A stretch of DNA of 64,000 nt from Schmidtea polychroa (lineage: Eukaryota): the NCBI GenBank assembly GCA_044892525.1, contig CM097885.1, forward strand, positions 177,506,001 through 177,570,000, given 5' to 3'. The notes beneath the pieces were generated by a model. The model searched no databases, was not told the DNA's origin, and worked only from the letters and a program-made list of their open reading frames with translations. Position numbers and translations under genes: made by a program. The stretch's first letter is position 1. Every line of letters starts with the position of its first letter. Of this stretch, positions 1 through 12,100 are shown one piece after another.

Positions 1-655
1 CATTTATACTCTGCCACTACCTTCCATTTATACTCTGCCACTACCTTCCATTTATACTCTGCCACTACCTTCCATTTATACTCTGCCACTACCTTCCATT
101 TATACTCTGCCACTACCTTCCATTTATACTCTGCTACTACCTTCCATTTATACTCTGCTACTACCTTCCATTTATACTCTGCCACTACCTTCCATTTATA
201 CTCTGCCACTACCTTCCATTTATACTCTGCTACTACCTTCCATTTATACTCTGCCACTACCTTCCATTTATACTTTGCCACTACCTTCCATTTATACTTT
301 GCCACTACCTTCCATTTATACTCTGCCACTACCTTCAATTGTACTCTACCATTACCTTCCGTCTAAACTCTATCTTCCATTACCTTCAATTGTACTCTAC
401 CATTACCTTCAATTGTACTCTACCATTACCTTCCACTACCTTCCATTTATACTCTGCCACTACCTTCCATTTATACTCTGCCACTACCTTCCATTTATAC
501 TCTGCCACTACCTTCCATTTATACTCTGCTACTACCTTCCATTTATACTCTGCCACTACCTTCCATTTATACTCTGCTACTACCTTCCATTTATACTCTG
601 CCACTACCTTCCATTTATACTTTGCCACTACCTTCCATTTATACTCTGCCACTAC
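1..655. repeat. 24-bp tandem repeat (CATTTATACTCTGCCACTACCTTC)n, continuing off the left edge
   Basis: Directly visible near-identical units, with a short run of diverged units around 337-430. Confidence 0.97.
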
Positions 656-1454
656 TACCATCTCCGACCACACCCAATACCGATCATCAATCAAACAACC
701 AGCTCAATCTCAATGCTCAAGTCAATCCAGTACTCAGATTGATCAGAAAGATGTCTCCCACGTACAATTGCGGGAGTTTTTAACTCCAGCAATACAAGAA
801 CAAATTAATAAAAGCTGCAGAACTCCAAGGGTGAGAAGTTCTCCCCTTTTTGGCCAAGTGGCCCGTCAATTTATTAAAATAAAATTTGATTTTTTTTTTT
901 TTTTTTTTTTTTTTATATGCGCACTAAATTGTTAAAAGACCTTTGAAGACGAATATATGTACTTTTAAGTGTGAAATAACTTTAATGTTTAATTTTAGTC
1001 TCAGAATAAATAAAATTTTTTTTGTTGTTATGAATTAGATATTTTATCTCTTTTAATTATATCTTTGGTTATGAGATCGAATGGAGAAGAATAAAACTAA
1101 CGTGGAATTAGTCCCAATATAGGATATAAGAGTACAAACCGAGCCACCTTCGGGCGGTACGTTCTATCATAAGACAAACCAATTGGGAGGGGATAACTGA
1201 TCAACCCAAGTAAGAAGCGTAGGGCGGGGTACCATCGCAAATGATGAGAAGTTTCTACGACATGACTGATCACCATGCCAATGTAGAAATGGATCATCGC
1301 GATCGTCGTGCGATTCGAGCAAGGGGGGAAAGGGGAAACACTCTCAAGCGGTAAAGATTAAGTCGACAAATTAAAAGTAGACAGAGAAAATGGTAATCTT
1401 GAGTAAAAGAGGAAAAGAGAAGTAGAAGCATGCAGAGTGAGGAATATTAAAGCT

Positions 1455-1826
1455 GAGCTGTTGAATAGTCCAGCCGGTCAAGGAAAATGAAAACTGAGCT
1501 GTGAAAAGTCCAGCCAGTTCGGAGATATTGAGATCGAGTTGTTGAATAGTCCAACCGATCAGAAGGAAGAAGATTGAGCTGTTGAATAGTGCCAGCCAGT
1601 CGTAAGATCGAGTTGTTGAATAGTCCAACCGATCAGAAGGAAGAAGATTGAGCTGTTGAATAGTGCCAGCCAGTCGTAAGATCGAGTTGTTGAATAGTCC
1701 AACCGATCAGAAGGAAGAAGATTGAGCTGTTGAATAGTGCCAGCCAGTCGTAAGATCGAGTTGTTGAATAGTCCAACCGATCAGAAGGAAGAAGATTGAG
1801 CTGTTGAATAGTGCCAGCCAGTCGTA
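1455..1826. repeat. 74-bp tandem repeat, four exact copies at 1531/1605/1679/1753, each a dimer of ~37-bp subunits
   Basis: Unit AGATCGAGTTGTTGAATAGTCCAACCGATC...GAGCTGTTGAATAGTGCCAGCCAGTCGTA; degenerate subunits at ~1455 and ~1496. Confidence 0.95.
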
Positions 1827-3193
1827 AAGGCCTAGAAAAATGAGAAATAGCAGTTAAGCTACAATGAGATAATATTTAAAATTAATAGAGAAAGGGAATA
1901 TTAAAGCTAGCTAGAAACAAATTGAATATAATTACGAAAATTTGAGTTTAGAGAGGAAATAAACGAGCTCGGGGAAAAGATAATAAAATTATAATGAAAA
2001 AGGAAGGAGAAGAAGAAAATGAATTAAAGAAATAATGAGAAAATAAAGAATAGGTGAAATGGAGATAATGAGTAGAAGAAGAAAGTAACTAGCTAATTAA
2101 AGGGATCCCAGTGAAGTAGAGAAACTCTACGGAATTTTTTTTGGGTAAACCGGGAAAATGTATTTTTATCGGTTCCAGAGTAGAACCGAGTGGGATAATA
2201 GTAAATATGAAAAGGAAAACAGCGACAACAGCGCAAAGGAATAAGAAAACGAAGGGGGGTAATAAGCAGAGACCGACAACGACCTATTTTTACTATAATT
2301 GATAACGAATAGATAATTATTACGACTTTATAGATAATTGTTACTACCCCATATAGATAATTTAAAATCGACGGAAAATACGGGCTGATGGGAAATTATA
2401 ACCCGCAGAAAGGATTTCACAAAAGATAGGGGAAGCACAAACAGAAACCTAAAAGGTGTCTGTTTTTGAATGTTGTAGAAAGAATGATGAAGTCGTGTAA
2501 GCAAATGCAACACGAGATCATTTTTTCATTTTAGATATCAAGCCAATCCAGTCAACCAAGACAATCCAGAACCTGCACAAAAGGAATTCGAAGAAATCGA
2601 CAATCAACCAAGGATAAATCCATTCAGAACCCGCACCGAGACACACAGCAACCGGAAGACTCCAGAACGGAAGAAGATACAGATAGCGACATCTCCAACT
2701 TCGAACGAATCATCGATATATTCAACCTCATAGTATTAGCAGCCATCTGCCAAGGATTAGTAAATCTCCTCAGGATCTCAGTAGCAGATTCATACAGAAT
2801 ATTTATCGAAGGAAACACAATCAGAACCGAACTCGTCCAATTCAATAGCCGCTAATTACCAAGAAGCGTAGGAAAGGAATCACGGATAAACCCAATCTTA
2901 GATCTTCAAGTAAGCCAGGAGACGTATTATTTTCAGGAGACGAATTACAACAACTCAAAAGAGGACGATCTATTAAACATCAAAGAGGAATATCACAAGG
3001 AGCAAGAAGAACCAATCAAGTACCCATATTTGACCAAGAAAATCTCGGATATACCCCTAGTCGATCTCGAAGTAGAGAAAGTCTGTCCGATATCACTAAT
3101 AGTTTAGCAACGTCAACCGAGGAATTATCAGCCCAAAGTTTATTCACATCGTTAGACAATTTAAAAGAAACAGACGAACCTAGAACACCAATC

Positions 3194-6100
3194 ATGACGA
3201 ATGTCGTAAAAACCGACGAGTATAAAGAGAAGTTCAGAGGAGAACCGTTCAACGGAAATGCAAACAAGCTAGCAACGTTCATAACTAATTTTGAAGTTTA
3301 TATCACTGTGTGTGGATGGACACCCGAAGCAATTAGTAAAAGGATGCCGTTGTTTTTGTGCGATAGCGCATTAGAGGTATATTTAGAAGCTAAAGAGAGA
3401 GATACGAAATTAGAGAAGTGGGAAGATATTAAAACATTCCTGAAGAAAACCTTCGGAGCCAGTAAGCCAATCAACCAGGCGTTGGGCGAACTAGCAAATA
3501 GGAAACAAAGGGCAAATGAATCCATTACGTTATATGCCAGCGAATTGCGGAGATTGGCAAAGAAAGCAATGAATGGAAAATTACCCGAAGAAAATCTGAT
3601 CGGTTATTTCATAGAGGGATTACGCCGAGAAGAAGTAAGAGCCTCAGTAGGTTGTCAAATGTGCAAAACATTAGAGGAAGCCATAGATTGGGCTACAAGA
3701 TGCGAGCTCCACCTTCCAGCTCAAATGAATATTATGCAAGAGGAGGGAAGGATAGCGACAGCAATAGCGAAAGCGGATAACGGAGATAACAACAATCAAG
3801 AACCGAAAATGAATCAATTTATACCAGGAGCGCACCAAATTTTCAAACCACCACAAGGACGATCAAATGGGAATAATGGTAATCGTAACAACCCGAATAA
3901 TGAGAACAATTTCAATAATCGACGAAATATGAACGATAACAAGCAGTGCCGAACATGCGGTAAACCAGGACACTGGGACAGAGATTGCTATAGAAATTCA
4001 AATTGTAATCGTTGTGGACGGCGTGGACATACCGAAAATGTATGCCAATTGAGAGGTTGTTTTAACTGTGGTCAGCCAGGTCACATCTCCAGAGATTGCC
4101 GAGAAAGGGGCCAACAACAACGACCACCACAGCGAAATAATAATTATATAGCGAATCCGCAACGACAAAGTAACCCTAACGAAGGAAAACAAATGAACGT
4201 TATGCAGGAAATTTCGCAGATGAAACAGATGATGCAACAAATGATGAGACCAAGACAAGAATCAGCACCACAACAAACCCAGAATATACGTATGATGAGG
4301 AGTACCGAAAATCTCAACAATTATGAAGTGCATCAACATGTACAAGAATGGCAAAGGCTACAGGCCGAGGAAGAGAGGATAAAACAAGAACGCAACCAAC
4401 AACGACAAGAACAACCATTGCGAATAAATATGATGAAGTTAGTAAAAGACATGAAGAGCCAGTATTGCTACAATTACGGGAAAAACCCAAGGGTAGTACC
4501 CATGACTGAACCAGAAAAGGTAAAAGAAACAACAACGGAAATGAAAACAGAGAATTCAACCACGATTTTAAAAGGAAACCAGAGAATTCAGAAAATATTC
4601 TGGAAAAAGATAAAAGATAAAATCGAAAAAGAACATAATAAAGCGAAAACCGAGACAGAAGATGAAAATAACAAGAGCAAGGAACAAACCAGTCAACTAA
4701 ACCACCAAATGCTACAAGAATCAGAATCAGAAGAAACAACAATATTCGAAAGAAAGAAACTAAAGAGAGTACCAAGGATGAGAAACTTGCAAATCAATAT
4801 GATGAAAAGGACAAAAGATGTAGCATCGTCAGACGAAGAAGAAGACTATGTAAGTAGTTTGGGTGGAGAAATACTACAGCTGAATGAAATAAGCGAACCT
4901 CCAAAAGGGGAAATCAAAGAGGAAGAAAGCGAAAACGAGATAACCAGTGAAAGTGAAGACGAAGATATCGAAATAAAGTTGAGAAAAGCAAGGGAGGAAG
5001 CGATAAAACAGGTAGCCGAAATACTCCCAGTAGTAGTGAGGAACCAAGAGTTCATCGACGTAATACCATTCAGGCGATTCGTGCAAAAAGTGATGAAATT
5101 GGAAAGAAACGAGAAAGATCTAATACCAAACGAGGAAAAATCAATTATAAAAAAGTATATGGAAAAAATGAAGCAGGCCGATACCACGCGGTATGTAATA
5201 AAAATTGGAACGAGTAGAGGACTTGAAAGAATGTGGATAAAAAATACAGTCACCGACGAACTTTTCGATTGGATACGAGAACATTTGGGAAGTTCGAGAA
5301 AGAAAGAATATCTGTATCAATACCAAGGAGAACAGATCAAACCAGATATGCACTTAGTAGATGCACTGATATGGCCAGGAGAAACGCAAATACTGAAGTT
5401 GCATAAAGAAAAACAACCAGCCAACCTTTACGATTGGGCTAAAGATGCCAAGGCAGAATATGATTTTAATATCAAATTGAAATTAGAACAAATAAAACAA
5501 TGTACTCTGAGACGAAACCTGGATAAGCTGATCAAACAAATTCAAGAACAAGTAGAAGACAACTGGGATTTACTCATCACCAGACGAGCCCCAGCCATGT
5601 ACGAACTAATGAGCCGATTGCGAGATACAGAAATGCTCCGGATGAGTGATTGGAGAACCATAAATTTGATCCACAAATATGGAAGGTTAAAAGAAACCCA
5701 GCCACAGAGGTTGGAAATAACCATATGGTTACCGAACGAAGAGAAACGACGAATAAAAATGAGCAATCAGAGTACAGTAGATGACTTGGTATCAAAAATA
5801 AACCAAGAGATAACGGAAAAGGTACGTAGCGAAAGTAGTGATGGTATGGTGGATGATGTAGTCATGATGTACGATAAAATAATATTACGAGCGGAGGACG
5901 ACACCTCGTTAAGCGAAATGGGTATGTGGGACAATCATCAGATAATCAGGATAGTACCAATGGATGAATTCCGAACAAGAGATGTAACCTATCAAAAAGA
6001 AATACGAGACCGGATGAAAACGTTATATCAAAAATCTACAGAAATAATTGAAATCCACCAACAATGGTTAAAAGAAAAGGAGCTACAAGGAAAAATCACG

Positions 6101-9100
6101 AAATTAAATACCAGATCCTGCAGACGAACCCCATGGGAAAGAGTGTGGAATGCAGAAAATAAGGAATGGGAAATCCGGAAAGGGATCTTCGTAGAAACAG
6201 ACATTGGTGAGACAGAAAGTGAATCGGAGGAAGAAGCAGAGGAACCTCCAGAATATGAAGAGGAAGCAAGGGAGCAGACATCAGATGACGAAGGCGAGAC
6301 GGATGTCACATCAGAAAGCGAAAATGAAGCGAGACATATTCACGCAATGAGGAAAAAGGAACGTGAATATGCTGATATGGACGGCGAGGAAGCAATAGAA
6401 GCAAGAGAGCGAGAAGAGAAAGAAAGATATAAACAATTAGGCGATATTTTAGCAATGGGAGCGAAAAATCAAAAACGCCAGGTAGTAGCGTTGGCTAATA
6501 TCATCTTAAAAACATCAGAGAATATCCACAATCTGAGAGGAATGGCAAAGGCAATAGAGGAATACCGGCAATATAATGAATGGTATCCAGAACAGCTAGA
6601 ACAAATTATTCGAAAATGGAGAAATCAGGAATGGGCACAAGACACTCAGGAGAGGTATCACATCCGAATCAAGTATCCGGACAAGAGCATCGAGGAACTA
6701 GAGGTACATCCAACAACAAAAATTAGAGAATTAAAAAAGAAATTAGCATATGAAACTCCATTCCATCTGCAACTATTCGGAAAATCACTAGACGATAATG
6801 CAGACGTCGGGATAACACCCATGAGATTGGAAGAGACAAATGTATTAACAATGGCAGAAACGTTGGGGAAACCGTTAAAAAGGAAAAGTAAAATTACTAA
6901 ACCAACAAAAGGCAGTTTGAGTACTCCAAGTCCGAACAAAGCACCAAGTAAATCTAATGAAACTGAAGAAGTTGAAGAGATAATCCTGGAAGATAGTGAC
7001 GATGAACCAGGAGAAAGATCACCGCTATTAGTGAGATGGCCGACAGGAGCCGAAATGTGGACTAATAACCAGCCATCAACGAGTTATCAACAACCAACGA
7101 AACTGAACATCAAAGAAATCATCGACAATACTACGGAAACCGAAACGGATGAACAATTCCAGAAGCAAAGAGAACCAACGAAAGTAACACCAGAAGGTCA
7201 AACCGATAAAATAATAGACGAATGGAATGAGTGGCTAAGAAATAACGATAGCTCATTACCCAGAACGGACAACGAAAGAAATCCGAATTACGAAAATACC
7301 AGAGAAGCCGGAACGATGATGGAAAAACGGGCAAAAGGAAGACCTAAGAAACAAGGAGAAAAGTCTGAGTTCAAAACCAAAGAACAATTAAAGCAAGAAC
7401 AAGGGCAAGTTCGATTAGAAAAATTGGATAAAATAGTATGGGATCTAAAGGAAGCCCAACCAACGATCGAAAGAGGAGAAAAATGGATACGTGAATTGTT
7501 AAAAGATATGTTAATAATAACAAACCCACAACTTAGACGTTTGTGGCAACGGAAAGTAGCCAGTACGGAAGCTAGACAATTATGGCACACCATTTCGGGG
7601 ATAATCCCAAAGTTAATCAAAGAGAAAACGAAAACCACCAAAACGGATTGGGACGAAACGAAGAGAGTGATTGAACAGCTCACGACAAATGCAAATGATG
7701 ACGAACATCATCTAGTGGTAATCACGTATTTGATGTATAATTTGATGGGACTAGCTGCGAGGAAAATACCAAATAAACAGTTTGCAAATCATGTGGAAAT
7801 GACCGTTTCAATCATAGAGAATACTATTGAACCACATATTATTCGTGCAGGAGGATGGAAAAGACTGATACAAGCGCCACGAAAAAATGAGCAAGAAAGG
7901 TCGATGCAAGTTAGATTGAAAAAACTGTTAAATGAACTAGAATGGGAACTACCGATGAAAGATCCCGCAAGCAGAAAAGCATCAATAAATTCGTTAATGA
8001 TGACTATGATGATATGGATGTTGTGCACAAGTGGAGCAACGGGTTTTACCATCTACGATTGTGATAATATGATAATGAGAGATAAATACTCATTGAGAGA
8101 CATAGAAGAATGCAGACAAGCCTCACCCAACAAATTGGACATCGTGAGAACAAAAGTTACTTACCATGTATATCAAGAATCAGATTTCATCAGAACGCAA
8201 GCAAGGGAATGCGTAGTATCAAAAAAGGTACTCGCATATTACTGTGGACAATATTCGTATTCGACTCTTATACTACCCGGTCTGGATAAAGAAATCGTAT
8301 CAATACAACGAGAGGACTGTAAAGAGCTATTTAGAACCGGAGCGCTAAAAATGCATAACGGAGTGACGATTCACGGACAAACTGGAATGATTAAAACCGA
8401 AAGTGTTTACGTATCCGGAAAAGTAAAATCATCAGATGGGTCATGTAACGGAGGTACGTATACGATCCGAGGCGAGGTAATATCGGGAGTTGTAGTGATC
8501 GAGTCTTATACGGTTGAATTAAAAGAATACGAAGCGCAATTTGACGCAAATAATTATCAAATGAAGACCAACCCAGCGTGTAAAGCTACAGAAAACGTAT
8601 GCAGGACAGGAGTATCAACTATAATCTATGAAGCTAATACCCAAAAATGCCGACTCCAAATGTTAAAAAGTGCTTTGTTCAATGAAGTAAAAGGAGAAAT
8701 TTATGAGAACGAGAACGACGAGGATGGAAACGACAGAGTGAGAATGCGAAATGGAAAACCAATGCCACCATCTCCCAGAGAAAAGAGACTTTCAACGCAG
8801 AAGACACCAACAGCATTAATCACAGACGATCCAGATCTAGGTATGAGATTTATCAAAGAGAAAGAAACCACCAAATGTGACAGTATAGTATATAAAACCA
8901 ATTACGCAGGTATCTACATGTCGAGACAAATAATCGATAGAGCAGTGGGAAAGATAGCAACGGAGGACGTAAAACTATACTTATATGCAAATAATAAAAT
9001 GGATTTTCTATTTCATCGTGGACAAACGACCTTGCAAAAAGTATATTACGATCTGATACAAAACGATTGTTCATTGAATAAAGAAATATTGAAAACAAAG

Positions 9101-12100
9101 CTAGCTATTGCGATAACGCACCCCGATAACACGATGCCATCACTCCCACTACCAGACGGACATTTTGGTAGAATGGTAGGAGAAGTGATGTACACATACC
9201 AGTGTACCAAGACGTATGCACGAATGCCAGAAAAATCCATACTACCCGAAAAGAGATGTGCAAATGAATTAGAAATTCGTTATAAAGGACAAAATCGATT
9301 CGTCCAACCAGTCACTAGAATCATGAATCCAGTGGGTTTCTACCCAAATCTCTTTAACTGTTCTAATGCATACGGACCTTTGTATGAAAGACCCGATGGG
9401 AAATGGATGATGTTACCGGGAAAAACCATATCCGAGGAACCCAAGAAATTTGGATTAATAGAACTCGCCACAGAGCTGGATTTCAAACCTATAGACGTGT
9501 CAAACGGTGGTATGTATTCCCCAGAAGATCTAGAAACAGCACGACTTAACGTACTCTTCCCAGCCAGACGAGAATCCATTTTGTCTAATATGGTAACAAT
9601 AACTGGGGGCACAAACTATCAATCAGGCCCGAATTACGAGCTGCTATTATCGCCAGACCATTTTCAACAAGCTACGTCAAACATGATGAAAGCAATGTGG
9701 GGAAGATTCTTAGTTTTTGGACAAATGATGGCCGGGATATTAGGGATCATACTCATAATTCAGATAGTTAGAGTAATACTAACACAAATGTTAGCTTGTT
9801 TCGATATATACAAGCGGGAAAAGAAAGTTAACTGGAAAATGATAGTAGGTTTCTTACCATTTTTAGCTAAAACCATGGTATTACATGGCCACTCAAAAGA
9901 CATTCATCGGATAAAGCGATTGATTAAAGTATTAACAAAGATTAAAGGAACCGACGAAGAAGTAGGCAGACGATTCCGGAAAGTAATGTACGATGAAGCA
10001 ACAAGACGACAATTGAAAAAGAATAAGCCAAAATTCTTGGACCGATTTAGAAGCCAATCATCTAACAGCGATAGTGACGACGATGATAACGGGAACGATA
10101 AATGTCTTTATCCAAACAGAAACCCAAACGAAAAACCATTGGAAACGGCACCATATTGGGAAAAGGAAAAGACAAACACCTGGATCGCCAATGGAAGCTA
10201 TATACCACCGGATATCGTGGGACCACAAGCAGCTTTGACCATGACACAAAATATGTATCCGCAATTACCGAGTCAACCCGGTATGCATTATATGCCGACA
10301 CGACGTACCAAAAGTGTAGATCAAGCAGATGACGTAAGAACAATCGCAGCGATGAGTCTACCTGGAGGTCCAGCAGTAACAGTCATGATCCAAATCAATG
10401 GTAAAGAAACCAATGCTATGATAGACACAGGAGCTAATGTATCAGCGATAGCGATTAATCAAATCCCCAGTAAACACTGGAAAGATATCGAATCAACAAC
10501 AATTCACATCATAGCATGTAGTAAAGAAACAGTGGACGTGGTCGGAAGATGGTGGACTACATTGAGATACCAGGACAACGAAATTGAAACGTATTTGGCA
10601 GTAATACCAAAACTTAGCGTACCATGCATAATCGGAACGGACCTGATGCCAGAATTATTAAAAGAAGTCGTAATAGACTTAACAACTATGTGTTTAAAAG
10701 ACAAAACCGGTAGAATATGCAAAATGAATGCAGTAATCAGATGTCCAGAAAAAATAATAGTACCAGCAAAATCGCAGATGATTTGTCAGATAAAAGTGGA
10801 TACGGGTATGGAAGGAGAAGTTATCTTTGAACCCAGCAAGTCATTCGAAAAGCGACGAGAGTTACCACTCGCAAGGGAAATAATAACAATAAACCAAGAA
10901 GGAGTGATACCGCTCAACATCACGAATTTCGAAGAAGAAGACAAAATCATTTATGAGAACGAAAAATTGGGAAGATTGACCCCAATGATGGACATAGAAT
11001 TACCGAAAGTGACCAACGAGATGATCAAAGATGATGAATTATGGACAATAGATAGTATGTTGTTGACGAATGATGAAAAGAAAAAATTGCACCGATTGTT
11101 GGTGGAATATAAAGATATATTCGCCATCTCAGATTTAGATTTGGGTACATGCGATGTTACCCTACATGCAATACCCCTCATAGATGAAGCTCCAATTGCA
11201 TTAAGACCATACAAGCTAGCAGAAATGCAAAAAGAAATAGCCGAAGCAGAAGTACAAAAGATGCTGGACGCAAAAGTAATCGAACCGAGTTGCTCACCTT
11301 GGCAATTCCCAGTGGTCATGGTAAAAAAGAAAGATGGCACCCAACGATTCTGTATCGATTATCGGAAGTTAAACGCAGTAACCAAGAGAGATACCTATCC
11401 ATTGCCGGACATCAATGAGATGTTATTGATGTTGCAAGGGGCAGCATATTTTACTTCTTTAGATCTAAAAAGTGGATACTGGCAGATTAAAGTCAAAGAT
11501 GAGGACAAGGAGAAAACAGCTTTCACGTTGGGACGAGATCTATATCAATTCAGGAAAATGCCATTCGGACTGACCAACGCACCAGCATCATTTCAACGGT
11601 GTATGAACTTTGTCACTCATGGAATCAAACAATGTATGGTATATATTGATGATTTACTAATCTATTCAGCGACATTTGAACAACATCTGGAAGATATCCG
11701 AAACGTATTTATTAGATTAAGACAGTGGAAACTCAAACTCAAACCATCAAAATGCGATTGGGCAAAGGAAAAAGTCACGTTTTTGGGACACATAGTGTCA
11801 GCTAAAGGAAAGGAGCCAGATCCAAGAAACATTGAGAAAATAAAAACATGTCCAGCACCGAAAACGGTCACCCAAGTTCAGGAATTTCTAGGATTATGCG
11901 GATACTATCGCAAATTTATCAAAAATTATGCAGGAATTGCAAAACCAATCCAGGAATTAGTAAAGAAGGACATTTCGTTCATTTGGGGGAAGGAACAACA
12001 AGAGGCGTTTGAAACGCTGAGAGACAAACTAATCGAAGCACCTATCCTAGTACACCCAGATTTTAAGAAGCCATTTCTATTGGCAACGGATGCAAGCGGG

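Noticed and set aside
765-775. CAATTGCGGGA shared with 22074-22084 as a possible LTR match
   Set aside because: Similarity does not extend beyond 11 bp; no 5' LTR or PBS of the giant element could be identified in the window.
275-935. ORFs 275-742, 339-935 and 386-694 (KWKVVAEY repeats)
   Set aside because: By-products of a 24-bp (in-frame) tandem repeat lacking stops; no non-repetitive coding context.
1531-1826. CRISPR-like appearance of the 74-bp array
   Set aside because: Intervening sequences are identical, not unique spacers; eukaryotic context; no cas genes.
5507-5690. Possible CARD/death-fold (LRRNLDKLIKQIQEQVEDNWDLL)
   Set aside because: Resemblance to cIAP CARD covers only the first helices; cannot be supported without a profile search.
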